Shown: piece by piece, positions 36,492-47,401 of the stretch
How positions within the stretch are numbered: the first letter of the stretch is position 1
Layout: each line of letters opens with the position of its first letter
The notes under the pieces: model-generated
Seen by the model: the letters and a program-made list of their open reading frames with translations, nothing else
Told to the model about the DNA's origin: nothing
Database searches by the model: none
IMG/VR virus record: IMGVR_UViG_3300007987_000009
From: a virus
DNA: 64,000 bases
Reading direction: 5' to 3' (one strand)
Position numbers and translations under genes: made by a program

Positions 36492-36779
36492 ATGGAACAA
36501 TGTCAATCTTGTGGAAGAATGCTACCTCTCACGGAGCATCATTTGATCCCAAAAGAAATGCATAATAAGAAATGGTGTAGAAAAATGTTCACCATCAGGG
36601 AAATGAATACATGCGCGGTCTTAGTTTGTCACGATTGTCATGCGGCTTTTCACAAATTCGTGTCGAATAAAGATTTGGCCAAAAGCTATTACACACTTGA
36701 GAAGCTATTGGAGCATTCCCAAGTAAAAAAATTTATAGAATGGGTATCAAAAAATGACAACAGAAAATTCAAATACTAG
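36492..36779 (+). CDS. Small HNH-like protein
   Basis: CQSCGR..LTEHHLIP...CHDCH..FH. Confidence 0.75.
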   Translation: MEQCQSCGRMLPLTEHHLIPKEMHNKKWCRKMFTIREMNTCAVLVCHDCHAAFHKFVSNKDLAKSYYTLEKLLEHSQVKKFIEWVSKNDNRKFKY

Positions 36780-37221
36780 ACCAGAATACTACGGTTATTT
36801 CGTGAGCCATGTGTATATTTCTCAAATTCAACATGGCATTCAGGCAGCGCATGTTATTCAAGCGATGTATGAAAAATATGCCAATTCAAGAAGTCGAGCA
36901 TCAAATATTTTTAAAAATTGGATGATGGAAGATAAAACCATGATTGTTTTGAATGGTGGGAACAGTGCGATGATTAAAGATGCGATGAAAAGAGCCTTAA
37001 TCATCGATAGAGATGGACTATATCCAATGGCCTGTTTCTGCGAAGATAGCCAGTCTATGGAAGGGATGATGACTGGTTGGGGTATTGTATTACCTAAAGT
37101 AGATAGAAATGAATGGGAATACAATATCCATTGCGGAGCGTATCTTGACAGTAAGGGGTATTCGGCAGATGTAGGGACTGCTCTCTATCTTGAAGTATTG
37201 TCAAACTTGAAATTAGCTTGA
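36754..37221 (+). CDS. Pth2-like phage protein
   Basis: GIQAAH, KTMIVLNGG, FCED, TGWGIVLP. Confidence 0.6.
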   Translation: MTTENSNTRPEYYGYFVSHVYISQIQHGIQAAHVIQAMYEKYANSRSRASNIFKNWMMEDKTMIVLNGGNSAMIKDAMKRALIIDRDGLYPMACFCEDSQSMEGMMTGWGIVLPKVDRNEWEYNIHCGAYLDSKGYSADVGTALYLEVLSNLKLA

Positions 37222-37233
37222 ATGGAGTAATAT

Positions 37234-37612
37234 ATGAAAAAGTTATACGAAATTTTGGTACCGACAAAGAGAAATGACGGAAGACCCATCAGTGCCAGAT
37301 TCCACAGAGTTTGGGACAACAAAAACTATGACCATTAGTAATGGTATAACCATTTTAACTCCAGAAAAGGGTAAATGGGTTTCTCAGGAAAACAAATTGT
37401 TTTTAGAAAGAATGATACCTGTAAGAATCGGGTGTGACGAATCTGAAATAGAAGGAATTATTGACATGACAATGGATTATTACGAACAGGAAGCTGTTAT
37501 GGCTTATGTGTTAAGCGAAAATGTTATAATCAAAAATAGGAAAAAGTCGTTGAAGAAAATTTCTAATCCTACTTCGGAACACCTACTGGTTAAAGCTCTT
37601 GGTAGTAGTTAA
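37234..37612 (+). CDS. Conserved phage hypothetical (frameshift in A-run near 37323)
   Basis: YEILVPT..NDGRP...FHRVWD joins GITILTP.KGKW..ERMIPVRI if one A is removed. Confidence 0.65.
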
Positions 37613-37916
37613 TGATCTTACGCATCTCTTCTAGGGATGCGTTTGATTTTAGTTGATTTACCCGGTATGATACAATGACCAAGTTGTCTCTAGTATAACC
37701 TTTGGTCGAATCAACCCTATCAAAGGAAATCGAGTCCGGTTTAGGTTTCCCCTTGTTGAACTTCAACGGGATACCTAAAACAGGGCAAGATATTGGAATA
37801 CCGATATCATCAATATCGGAAGTTGTAAGGTTGAAAGGAATATTGCGCTTTTTTGCACTGGCCTTTAATGCATTGAGAAGTTGTTTTGTTTCTTTGGCTG
37901 TGATATTTGTACTCAT
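37590..37916 (-). CDS. HNH-type endonuclease
   Basis: CPVLGIPL, SFDRVDSTKGYTRDN, N.LKS. Confidence 0.75.
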   Translation of the reverse strand: MSTNITAKETKQLLNALKASAKKRNIPFNLTTSDIDDIGIPISCPVLGIPLKFNKGKPKPDSISFDRVDSTKGYTRDNLVIVSYRVNQLKSNASLEEMRKIINYYQEL

Positions 37917-37975
37917 GCAATAATTTATCAAGAAAAGATTGACATGAAAAACAATTTGGAATATACTAAGAACTT

Positions 37976-38659
37976 ATGACAACTTTCAGAAAAAAACTAC
38001 CAATAGAAGTAGATCATAAATTCATGTGCTATATCGCGCACCGGTTTTCCAGAGAGGAAAGACTGTTTATTGTTCCAGAGAAGTATCCGGGGGCAAATAA
38101 AATTGCTGAGAAAGAAACATATTGGTTGTCCGAGAAATATGCAATCATTAATGACAGCTTTATCGCATATCAATCTGATTACATCTCTAGGGATGATTTT
38201 GATTGGAAACCTGCTGACACAATGGTAAAATCACAGGCTCGATATGGGTTTGAATGTTGCAAAATAGAAAATAAAAAGTTGAAAGCTGTCACAAAGTCAG
38301 AATTACTCAAATCGGGTGTTGCATCAGAGGCTTTTCCCAGTCAAGATGACGAGGGTATACCAAAAGAGTTTGCGTCTCGTCCGAAAGAGTTCTGGAGATT
38401 CAGGAAACGTTGGGAAAGTTTATTTGAAGATTTTCAAGAATGGGACGACAAGACTGAAGTTCTTATCTTTCATTTTCAGGTGCATCGATTTAAACCAGAA
38501 TTGCCAATCTACAATTGGCACGTTCAAGAACGCTTGAACTATCAGACGAGGGAACAAGAATTTAAAATTCGTATGGCCGAAGAATCAGAAAAAGGCGCGG
38601 AAGATGAGAAAAATGGCCGGAAAAAGAAGAAAACTGCAAGAAAAACGCGGAAAAAGTAA
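37976..38659 (+). CDS. ASCH-like protein
   Basis: ETYW...WKP..M...AR...L..V......G...F...W.SL...WD....V...F pattern. Confidence 0.55.
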   Translation: MTTFRKKLPIEVDHKFMCYIAHRFSREERLFIVPEKYPGANKIAEKETYWLSEKYAIINDSFIAYQSDYISRDDFDWKPADTMVKSQARYGFECCKIENKKLKAVTKSELLKSGVASEAFPSQDDEGIPKEFASRPKEFWRFRKRWESLFEDFQEWDDKTEVLIFHFQVHRFKPELPIYNWHVQERLNYQTREQEFKIRMAEESEKGAEDEKNGRKKKKTARKTRKK

Positions 38660-38751
38660 ATAACAGAACAAATACGGAATTAAGCATGATTTACAAAATA
38701 TTAAAAGGAGAACATCATGATCATTAGGTGACTTAACACAAGGAGATCATC

Positions 38752-39075
38752 ATGTCTAATACTTACAAAGATAAACTCAAATATAACATTAAAAAATATT
38801 ACGAAGACAGGAGGCATAATTTTTGGGAGAGTGAGCAACCTAAACCTCCCAATTACGAATTACAGCACAAACTCGGATTGACTAATGATATTATTGAAAT
38901 TTGCAAAAACAAATTTGCAAAGGGTCCAAATCGTTTTCATCACGATTATACTTGCATACCCAACCGAAGAAAAGTCAAGAGGGCGCTGGACAAAGTTAAG
39001 CATCTTGCAGATTATGAAGATTGGGACCCGTCAGAGATTCCCGTTGACGGAAAGCCGCAAGAATGGTATCTTTGA
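38752..39075 (+). CDS. Hypothetical protein
   Basis: AAGGAG RBS. Confidence 0.6.
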   Translation: MSNTYKDKLKYNIKKYYEDRRHNFWESEQPKPPNYELQHKLGLTNDIIEICKNKFAKGPNRFHHDYTCIPNRRKVKRALDKVKHLADYEDWDPSEIPVDGKPQEWYL

Positions 39076-39091
39076 TTATAAATAGAAATAT

Positions 39092-39166
39092 GGCGGAATG
39101 GCCGAGTGGTTTAGGTGCTAGTCTGCAAAACTAGTTAGACGGGTTCGATTCCCGTTTCCGCCTCCA
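39092..39166 (+). tRNA. tRNA-Cys(GCA)
   Basis: CTAGT-CT-GCA-AA-ACTAG, TCCA; late promoter 39077-84. Confidence 0.93.
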
Positions 39167-39173
39167 AATACAG

Positions 39174-39249
39174 GCCGATGTAGCTCAGTTGGTAGAGCGC
39201 ATTCTTGGTAAGAATGAGGTCGCAGGTTCGATCCCTGCCCTCGGCACCA
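39174..39249 (+). tRNA. tRNA-Thr(GGT)
   Basis: CATTC-TT-GGT-AA-GAATG, ACCA. Confidence 0.93.
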
Positions 39250-39255
39250 AATTAC

Positions 39256-39346
39256 GCGGTTGTGGTGGAATTGGTAGACACGCATGAATGAGAGTCATGT
39301 GGGCATCAGTAAGCCCGTGGGGGTTCGAGTCCCCCCTCCCGCACCA
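39256..39346 (+). tRNA. tRNA-Leu(GAG), two acceptor mismatches
   Basis: CATGA-AT-GAG-AG-TCATG, long variable arm. Confidence 0.85.
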
Positions 39347-39466
39347 ATTTTGGGGTATTGATATTTGGGTTTTGTAGGATTTTTGCAAACGTGTTTGTAT
39401 AACAAAAAATTCACTTTAGCATTATTGTTATACATGCTATAATGCAAAGACTATTGGGAAATTAAA

Positions 39467-40240
39467 ATGACAAAATATAAAACCGTCTGGATATCTGATA
39501 CCCACCTAGGAAATCCAAATTGTCAGCATGAAAAGCTGTATGCTTTTCTTAAAAGCTTAGAAAATAGCAAAGGCAATTATGACATAGAAAAACTCTATTT
39601 GGTTGGTGACATTATCGACATGACACAAATAAATCATAAAATTTTGTGGTCCAAACATAGAAAGGTCATAAAAAAGATTTTTAGAATGGCCGACCATGGT
39701 GTAGAAGTCATCTACATCCCCGGAAATCATGATTATTATGTCAGAACTGAGTTTCTGAAAGATAACCCGGATGGTGTAGATTTTAAAAACATTAAGATAA
39801 AAAGAAACGATATACATTACACCAAAAAAGGAGAAAAGGTTTTCATCTTACATGGGGACGAGTTCGATGGTGTCATTAGAATGTATCCAATTTTGTATAA
39901 AGTTGGGGATTTGAGTTACAAGATGATTATCTTCTTGAACAGGCTTCAGAACCGATTCAGAGGGGTTTTGGGTATCCCAGAATGGAGTATGGCACAGTGG
40001 ATCAAACAGAAGGCTAAGAGAGCTATACAGTTTATAAACCGATACGAAGAGTTGGTTGTGAAAGCTGCCATAGAAAAAGGCGTAGATGCTGTTATATGCG
40101 GTCATATTCATAATGCTGCTAATACATTAATCGAAGATGACGGAAATACAATAAGATATTTAAATTGTGGATGCTGGGTAGAGTTTTGTTCTTTTGTGTA
40201 TGAAGATAAAAACGGGACGTTGGTAATGAAGTACATATAA
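39467..40240 (+). CDS. Metallophosphoesterase, PlcP/LpxH-like
   Basis: ISDTHLG, VGDIID, PGNHD, HGDEFD, CGHIH, NCGCWVE. Confidence 0.85.
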   Translation: MTKYKTVWISDTHLGNPNCQHEKLYAFLKSLENSKGNYDIEKLYLVGDIIDMTQINHKILWSKHRKVIKKIFRMADHGVEVIYIPGNHDYYVRTEFLKDNPDGVDFKNIKIKRNDIHYTKKGEKVFILHGDEFDGVIRMYPILYKVGDLSYKMIIFLNRLQNRFRGVLGIPEWSMAQWIKQKAKRAIQFINRYEELVVKAAIEKGVDAVICGHIHNAANTLIEDDGNTIRYLNCGCWVEFCSFVYEDKNGTLVMKYI

Positions 40241-40268
40241 AAAAGGCTGGCCATTGGCCAGCCTTTTT
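40241..40268. terminator. Bidirectional terminator
   Basis: AAAAGGCTGGCCA-T-TGGCCAGCCTTTT. Confidence 0.8.
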
Positions 40269-40284
40269 TGGTTATTGTTCCTGT

Positions 40285-41305
40285 TTATACGGCTCCACTT
40301 CCAAATCCAGCGTTCGTTACTCCTCCTAGCGAAGAAGACGTAAAAAGTGCAGAAGAAGAATCAATCGTAGCGGTTCCGATCTGCGCGCCCCTCTGAACCA
40401 AAGATCCTCTGAAAGCGTTTACTGTGTTTTTCCCAACCGACGCCGTAATAAACGCATTTACACCAACAATAACGGTAGATGCATCGTAACAAACAATTTC
40501 GTCACTTAACGAGCTTTCCATGGTGACGGCACCACCCCCTCTACTGAGACCAGCTTTAAATGTTGATCCAGCTAACACCGCGACGTTCGCTCCGACTCCA
40601 CCATTGTCTGAAACATCTGCTAAGCCACTGTCTAAGCCACTACCGGCGTTGCGCATATAAACCGCATCCAGTAGGGTCAAAGTCGATCCAGCCGCAATTA
40701 GTGTGTTGTTTTTGGGAAAGTTTGAAAACCCGGCATTGCCGCTATTACTAGCTAAATATCCGATATTCACATGGCCGTTATATGCAAACAATCCAGTAAA
40801 TCTAGAATCTACAGAACTGGGGTCAGGTACGGAAGTAAAATTCACTAAAATTCTAGGAGCTATTGCGTTATTAACTATCATGTAAGGTCTACAAATGTAA
40901 TCACTAGCAGCAATGATCTCGTCAACGTCCGGGAAAGACTGGTAATATTGCATCAATGCCGTTTCGTTGACATCCACAACCGCATTAGAAAAACCGGTGG
41001 TGAGAGGTCGGATTGTCATATTGGAAAAATCTCCATGGGAGATAAGAACAACGCTATCTTCAGTATGATTTTCCGCGTCTACAAGTATGTCCACTTCGTC
41101 TTTGTAATAACGTAATGCCGAAATAGCCTCGTTAATAGAAGCATAGTCCCCCCGTTGGACCCACCACCACTTCCAATTTCCCAGACACAGAATTTCTGAT
41201 TTCTTCGGGCAATTCTAACCTTTCTTTAATTGCCTGAGCATCTTCTAATGCTGATCTTCTTTGTGGTCTTCGCCCTTCTTCATATATGTAAACAAATTCT
41301 GCCAT
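40285..41305 (-). CDS. Putative virion surface/beta-helix protein (extra base in C6 run 41148-41153)
   Basis: Removing one base joins MAEFVY..VVVGPTGDYASINEAI to the 269-aa ORF. Confidence 0.6.
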
Positions 41306-41379
41306 TTTTATTTCCTTGTTGTATTGAGTTCACTCTAATATTTATTATAAATAAGCAGCCGAATAAACAAAAAAGCAAC

Positions 41380-41883
41380 ATGCAACTACTAATAATATTT
41401 TGTATTTTATCATTGGTACTACTTATCATCGGAAGACTTACAATTTTTCCTGTATTCAAATGGAAAAACTTTAGTTCTAAATCAAGATATTCCGGAAAAA
41501 ATACTATGTTTTGGGTTCTTGTAGATCCAAAAGGAGCAACACCTTTGGCGGTAGTGGCACGAGAATTAGCAGAAGCAGAATCCAAATGGAAAATCAAAAA
41601 CATGTTACTTCGATTTACAAAAGAAAGAAAAAGAACGGCAGAAGCATTTAGAAGAGAGGTCGAATCACATGTTGCCATTTACTTTTATGATCCGTTTAAA
41701 TCAATAGAAGAAATTAGGATCGACCAAGCCATGATTATGATAGAATACTATCCCGCCTTCAAAGGAATGAAGATAGATGAAGTTGTACAATTGATGAGAA
41801 ATCAAGAAAGTTCGGCAGTACGGTGGTTTAACGAAAACAAAGAAAAACTAAAATCGTTAGAGAGAGTTAGACCAATTCTTTAA
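41380..41883 (+). CDS. Membrane-anchored hypothetical late protein
   Basis: N-terminal TM; TATAAATA 41346-53. Confidence 0.55.
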   Translation: MQLLIIFCILSLVLLIIGRLTIFPVFKWKNFSSKSRYSGKNTMFWVLVDPKGATPLAVVARELAEAESKWKIKNMLLRFTKERKRTAEAFRREVESHVAIYFYDPFKSIEEIRIDQAMIMIEYYPAFKGMKIDEVVQLMRNQESSAVRWFNENKEKLKSLERVRPIL

Positions 41884-42107
41884 AAACGGTTATGGTGGTC
41901 AGTATAACCACTTTTTTCATCCTCTTCCCGTCGCATAACATAATCTTTAAATACTCTAAGATCATTCAAGCCGAATATCTGGCGAACCCTATTGAGTATA
42001 AAATCTGGTGACTCAGACGGCAGTTTTTGTGAAAGCATACGTTTGTAATATTCGTATGCCTTCACAAATGTATCGCTGACTTCCATAACAATCTCTATTC
42101 TCATCAC
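41880..42107 (-). CDS. Hypothetical protein
   Basis: Follows the upstream minus-strand gene. Confidence 0.45.
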   Translation of the reverse strand: MMRIEIVMEVSDTFVKAYEYYKRMLSQKLPSESPDFILNRVRQIFGLNDLRVFKDYVMRREEDEKSGYTDHHNRF

Positions 42108-42119
42108 TTCTCATCCATA

Positions 42120-44602
42120 TTAATCAACAACGGTCCATCCTTTGCTTGTTGCGATGGTAGGATCATACCCCGCTTCTAATATTCCCGGATTCCCGGTCAC
42201 CGTAACAGTTTGTGGATTGGATGTGACATCCGCTAAACCAGTGAACAGGGCGTTAAGTGCTTCTGCATTCAATTTGTTATTTGCAATGCTGAAACCAAGA
42301 TACATGTTTTCTAACACTACAGATTCGATATTTCCAGTGTTGTTGAACATTTCTAAAGTTTGTTCGAATGCCTCATCTTGAAGAACGTAGAGGGGGCTTA
42401 TGGTTCTCAAAGAAGTACATCCCTCAAAAGTTTCCCGAAAGTATGGTCCAACCATTGCCTTGTTGTTTTTGCCTTCATTAAACGAAAAGCTTTCCAAATT
42501 TGGATACGAATTCTGAAACATTCTAAGTGGTTGAAATATGGGAATATTTGACTGTGCTCTAATGTGTTTTATGTCTTCTGGGTTATTTGTTCTAGCGCCA
42601 GAAATTAAGTGAACAGACGATACAGAATCAATATTATTCATATAAATTTTAAGAATATAATTACCGGGAGCTTCGTAGAAATTTTTTAAAGTTCTCGCTT
42701 TAGTGGAATAATAATCTGATAGATTGCCACGATAATAAGAGGTATTTCCATCGCCCCATTCAACATAACATCTTCTTGAATCAAGAATATTAAAAGACGG
42801 TGCAAGGAAAGATACTTCTTTTGGCTCTGTTATGTCCATATCTATTTCTACTAAAAACTGGTAATTTTTTCGAAATCAGTCACAGGATCGTTGTTATAAA
42901 AAACTTCATATTCATTAATATCCTCATTGTCCGGGTTTTCAACTAATTTGTATATGAATTGATTTATAAATCTTGGTGTGGCCGAATTTCTATAAGGGCC
43001 TAGTTCTTCTAGAGGTATATTGTATGGTTGTAAATTTAATGTTATTTTATTTCCAGTAAACGCCTGTTTGTGTGCAAATCTTCTGTCGTATACGGATTTA
43101 ACTATATTTTTCAGGGACTGAAGAGATATGTTTTGGGCAGTAGAATAACTACCCAAAAGATTTAAATATCTGAAGGGGCCATCATTTTCAGTTTCTTTGA
43201 GTGGTGGTATATGTAACGGATATTGCGTTCCTATTCCACTAAAAAGATTAATAGCAAATGCAGGATTTTCAAGCCCATAAGAATTGACCACACTCAAATC
43301 TGTTATGTTAGTAGCCCCTAATATAGCATTATATTGTTTTAGACCAAAGGATGTAATTTCCTCGTCGGTAATCTCTTTAGGCAATATTTTTTTAATGTTT
43401 TCTGGTCTAAAATTATAACACTCCCCATAGGCTATGGAACTCATCAAAAAATCTCCATTTAATTGGATATCCACAAATCCTGTAATTGATGAATATCTGA
43501 ACATCCCAGAAAGATTAATTCTATCGTCTATAGTAGCAGGTGGTGTTATGTAATTAGCTGTGAAAGATAGTTTACCAATTTTATCGGTTATGGGATTTCT
43601 ATTGAATATATCAAAAGAAGTAGTAGTTAATGAATCAAAATTCATATCGGGCAAAGATGTTGCTTTTGAATTACGAAACATATTACTGGCATTGCTTATA
43701 TTTGACACATCATAACTATCGGGTAATGGGCCACAGAATGTACCAAAGAAAGAAAGACTTCCATTAATGACGTTAGAAAAATCTACTCTAGGAAATGCTC
43801 CTCTGAAACTATTGTAAAATTGATAATAACTAACATTCTCAAAAGTATCAGTCGTGGAAAATGTTACAATCTCATTCCCTTCAACATAAGTATGTGCTGG
43901 AACCCCCATAGCAGTAACAGGAGATCCATTTCCAAAATCCCATCTGATTTGGTCTCCGGTTTTAGTCCATGTTCTGGCAGTTAAATTTGAATTGATGAAA
44001 GTGACGAACACAAAATCGCAAACCTCTTTGTTTTGGCCTGATGGACCGAACGTATCAAATAGATATCCACTAGAAAGTCTATTGTACAACTCTTCAATAG
44101 CCCTTTTTCCTGATGGCTTCTCTGCGCTGTATGTTTCTATGTCTACCCAGAATTGACGATTGGCTGTTAAAATATACTCTTCTGGCTCGGGTCCATACTG
44201 ACCATTTCTGACCCAAACGTATGATTCGGGTGCAAAATCTGGGTCATATTGGAGCCTATCGCGTTCCTCAATTGTATCGACTTCAACAGTTTTGAACCAA
44301 GAGTGCTGTTCTGGATTTCTAACCAAATAACTACGAATCATTCGATCTGACCATTCTGGAAAACATCTAGCCTTGTCTATTTTGATGGTTGTCCCCCGTT
44401 CATTTGAGGCGTATATTTCAAAAAGAGATTCCGTTGCTTGTAGTTCAGAAACAAGCATTCTTCTTGGTCTAGTTTCGCTGGCAAATTTTGCATAGATGAA
44501 GTGATCAAGATAATCAACTAATTCATCAACATAAATTGTTGTTATTTTTCCGTTTATATCTGAAACTCTTGTTTTAAGTAAGTCGAATACGGTGTAGCTC
44601 AT
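42120..44602 (-). CDS. Large PKD-like/BspA-like surface protein (split by frameshift at ~42855)
   Basis: WDFGNG and EWGDG domains, BspA-like MF repeats; one added base fuses 42851-44602 with 42120-42839. Confidence 0.6.
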
Positions 44603-44692
44603 GGATGCAATTTGCCTGTTTTTGATAATAATATTTATTGATTTGAAAGACCGAAATTGACTTTTCGGTATCAACTTCATATAATAAAAAGC

Positions 44693-45013
44693 ATGATCGA
44701 AAAACCAAAAGTAGTCAATATAGGACACGGTGACTCCTATGATGTGTACATTGGCCGCGCCGGAAAAGGATGCAACGGATATTTCGGAAACCCAATACGG
44801 GAAGGAACCAGAAAACAGAAATTGGACGGGTTTAGAGAATATGCTGTTACAAGAATACAACAGGATGCCGAATTTAGACAGAAAATTAAATCCCTAGAAG
44901 GAAAAACCCTAGGGTGTTTTTGTAAGCCAAAACCGTGTCATGGGGATATCTTAGCTGAGCTTTGTGTTATCATAAACCAAGAAGATGAATTTTTTCAACA
45001 AGAGGACACTTGA
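44693..45013 (+). CDS. DUF4326 protein
   Basis: DVYIGR, FGNP, LEGKTLGCFCKPKPCHGDIL. Confidence 0.88.
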   Translation: MIEKPKVVNIGHGDSYDVYIGRAGKGCNGYFGNPIREGTRKQKLDGFREYAVTRIQQDAEFRQKIKSLEGKTLGCFCKPKPCHGDILAELCVIINQEDEFFQQEDT

Positions 45014-45163
45014 ATGAGAAGAAAAGAACACGACGAGATTGTAACGCAGAATTATTTGACAACCCGCAAAGGAAAGTCTTTATCCAGAGGAAAAACACTT
45101 CACAAGAGAAGAAAGTCAAGACGACCCTCTTCCCACGTTTTATTAAAAAGCACCCTACGAAAA

Positions 45164-45880
45164 TTAGAGACTGTCTAAACTAGGAACCTTAGACACTTTG
45201 TTTTCAAAAGCTACACAAGCCTCGCCATTATTTTTAAGTAGCTTTTCAAAGTTTGTAAAGCTTATATAAGCGTGACCATTATCGGCCCAACCTCTTCCCC
45301 AAGAGTTTTTGATTCTGAACAACTCTTTGTCTCTGTTAATACCATTGATTAGATAAGCGTGGCCCCCTTGGTCCGCTCCCGTGGGTCTCATTATATAACG
45401 ATGGCTTGTTGGGTTAGTCATATTTCGGGTCCAATGTGTACCAACAACCATTGGACCAATATGTGTTACGGCAGCAATTACATCATCAAGGGTTTTTGCC
45501 CAACGATATTCACCAATAACACCAAGTTTCTGAAGAATTTTAGCACCAGCCCGAACCGTTGTTCCTTCATAATTTTCACCCGGAATTTGATCCCAGAGTT
45601 GGCATAATCTGTAGAACTCGGTCATGTCAAACATAGGTTTTGGTCTTCCCGGAATAACATCCTGAATTACAGGTCCGTCTTCCAGCCAGTGCGACCAACT
45701 ATAAACTACACATCTTGGCGTTCTTCCTTGATCACCACTCCAACCTTCAGCCCACCAAAACTTTTGCCTGATGTCAGGCAGACCTTCTTGAGGAATTACG
45801 TCTCTAATCAGGTAATTTTCGTCTTTTGGGTCTTCCAGATATACTCTACCGAAATTAATGTTTTTGACTTGATTGTTCAT
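45164..45880 (-). CDS. Papain-like (C1) cysteine peptidase
   Basis: DQG..P.C, GGHAY, KNSWGRGW; TATAAATA on - strand 45909-16. Confidence 0.85.
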   Translation of the reverse strand: MNNQVKNINFGRVYLEDPKDENYLIRDVIPQEGLPDIRQKFWWAEGWSGDQGRTPRCVVYSWSHWLEDGPVIQDVIPGRPKPMFDMTEFYRLCQLWDQIPGENYEGTTVRAGAKILQKLGVIGEYRWAKTLDDVIAAVTHIGPMVVGTHWTRNMTNPTSHRYIMRPTGADQGGHAYLINGINRDKELFRIKNSWGRGWADNGHAYISFTNFEKLLKNNGEACVAFENKVSKVPSLDSL

Positions 45881-45929
45881 ATATAATATGCTATACTTCT
45901 GTGTTGGATATTTATATTTGGAGTAAAAC

Positions 45930-46775
45930 ATGTTTAGAATAATCAGTGATTTGCATTTAGAAGGAATGGACAAATACTCTCTTCCAAAAACCAAAAACGA
46001 GAAGGAAATTGTATTGTTTCTAGCTGGAGACATTTGCGAATTTCATATGATTACCTATCATGAACCTTACCAGAAATTCCTCACAGACTGCAATAAAAGA
46101 TTTAAATTAACAATTTATGTTCCCGGAAACCACGAATATTATGGTTCTTCTATTGTAGATTTCAGAAAATATAAAACTTTAATAGAAAAGAAATACAAAA
46201 ATGTAAAGGTCGTGGATCGTGAAATAATTACTGTTCCGATAACAGTAAAAGGGAAAGAAACTAACTTCAAAGTTGTATGTGCTACGTTGTGGACTGACAT
46301 GAATAGGAAAGATCCTATTACAAAAGTCAGGGGACAAACATACCTCAAAGATTTCAATATGATCAAAGAATTCACACCGGAACTCTTTATCGAAGAAAAC
46401 GAAAAAGCAAGAACATTTATTCGTTACGCTGTTATGGATTCTGAAGAAAGATCAGAGCCAACCATTGTTATTACCCACTACGGACCTACATATAAATCCG
46501 TAAGTCCCACATACCAAAACCTCGGATATCAAACCAATGGTTTGTTCGTTAACAATGACCTAGACCTGTTATTTGAAGCCCTTCCTCTGCGCCTGTGGGT
46601 TCATGGGCATACCCACGAGAGTGTTAACCATCTATTGGGGCATGGGTGTAGAGTTATTGCTAACCCGAAGGGGTGGACAAGCTTAATATCGTTGGGGGGT
46701 AAAGTTCTATCGAATCATCAAAACTCTAATTACGATGAACTTTTTACCCTATCTCCAGAAGACTTGTATTTCTGA
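45930..46775 (+). CDS. Metallophosphoesterase
   Basis: SDLHLE, AGDI, PGNHEYY, THY, HGHTH. Confidence 0.88.
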   Translation: MFRIISDLHLEGMDKYSLPKTKNEKEIVLFLAGDICEFHMITYHEPYQKFLTDCNKRFKLTIYVPGNHEYYGSSIVDFRKYKTLIEKKYKNVKVVDREIITVPITVKGKETNFKVVCATLWTDMNRKDPITKVRGQTYLKDFNMIKEFTPELFIEENEKARTFIRYAVMDSEERSEPTIVITHYGPTYKSVSPTYQNLGYQTNGLFVNNDLDLLFEALPLRLWVHGHTHESVNHLLGHGCRVIANPKGWTSLISLGGKVLSNHQNSNYDELFTLSPEDLYF

Positions 46776-47362
46776 ACAGCTTTTTCGTGGTTTATTCTGA
46801 TTAGGTCAATGAGAGATGCAAATTCTTGGGGAATACCCAAGATTTGCATTTTATAGGTTTGCTTGACAAATTGGTCTTCATTCCCGAACAAATATTTTAG
46901 GTAGCTTGGAGTTATTTTATCGTCGTAGGCTACAAATACGATACTACCATCTTCTAGTTTGTTTTGGAAGCTGTATGCTGCACTCAGACGCGTCAAAACG
47001 GCCTGTTTAAGGGTAGAGCCTCCAGTCCTAACATCTTCCTTAGAAAGCTCTGATAATAGCGGATAGAGCTTTTTATAAGCCAAAGACTTCTCAGACAGCG
47101 GTTTGAAATACGGAGCATCTAAACATCGCATGATAAGGGTTGCAGCTTTCAAACGAGTTGTGGCATGAACTCTATTCATTACGGCAGGAGAAATAGTCGA
47201 GAGTTTGTTCACTGTTGTAGAAACAATGTTGACTGCATTGACTCGTCTTTTAATTTTCTTCCATTCATTATACAGTTGGTTGACAGTATCAATTGAATAT
47301 TTGACCTCTTTCTGTGCGGCCTTTTCTGATTCAAATAGTTGAATTTCTTTTAAAAAGTTCAT
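46730..47362 (-). CDS. Putative internal head protein
   Basis: MNFLKEIQLFE; TATAAATA on - strand 47386-93. Confidence 0.5.
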   Translation of the reverse strand: MNFLKEIQLFESEKAAQKEVKYSIDTVNQLYNEWKKIKRRVNAVNIVSTTVNKLSTISPAVMNRVHATTRLKAATLIMRCLDAPYFKPLSEKSLAYKKLYPLLSELSKEDVRTGGSTLKQAVLTRLSAAYSFQNKLEDGSIVFVAYDDKITPSYLKYLFGNEDQFVKQTYKMQILGIPQEFASLIDLIRINHEKAVQKYKSSGDRVKSSS

Positions 47363-47401
47363 ACATAAATAACATTGTGCTAAGATATTTATAAACTTAA
47401 A

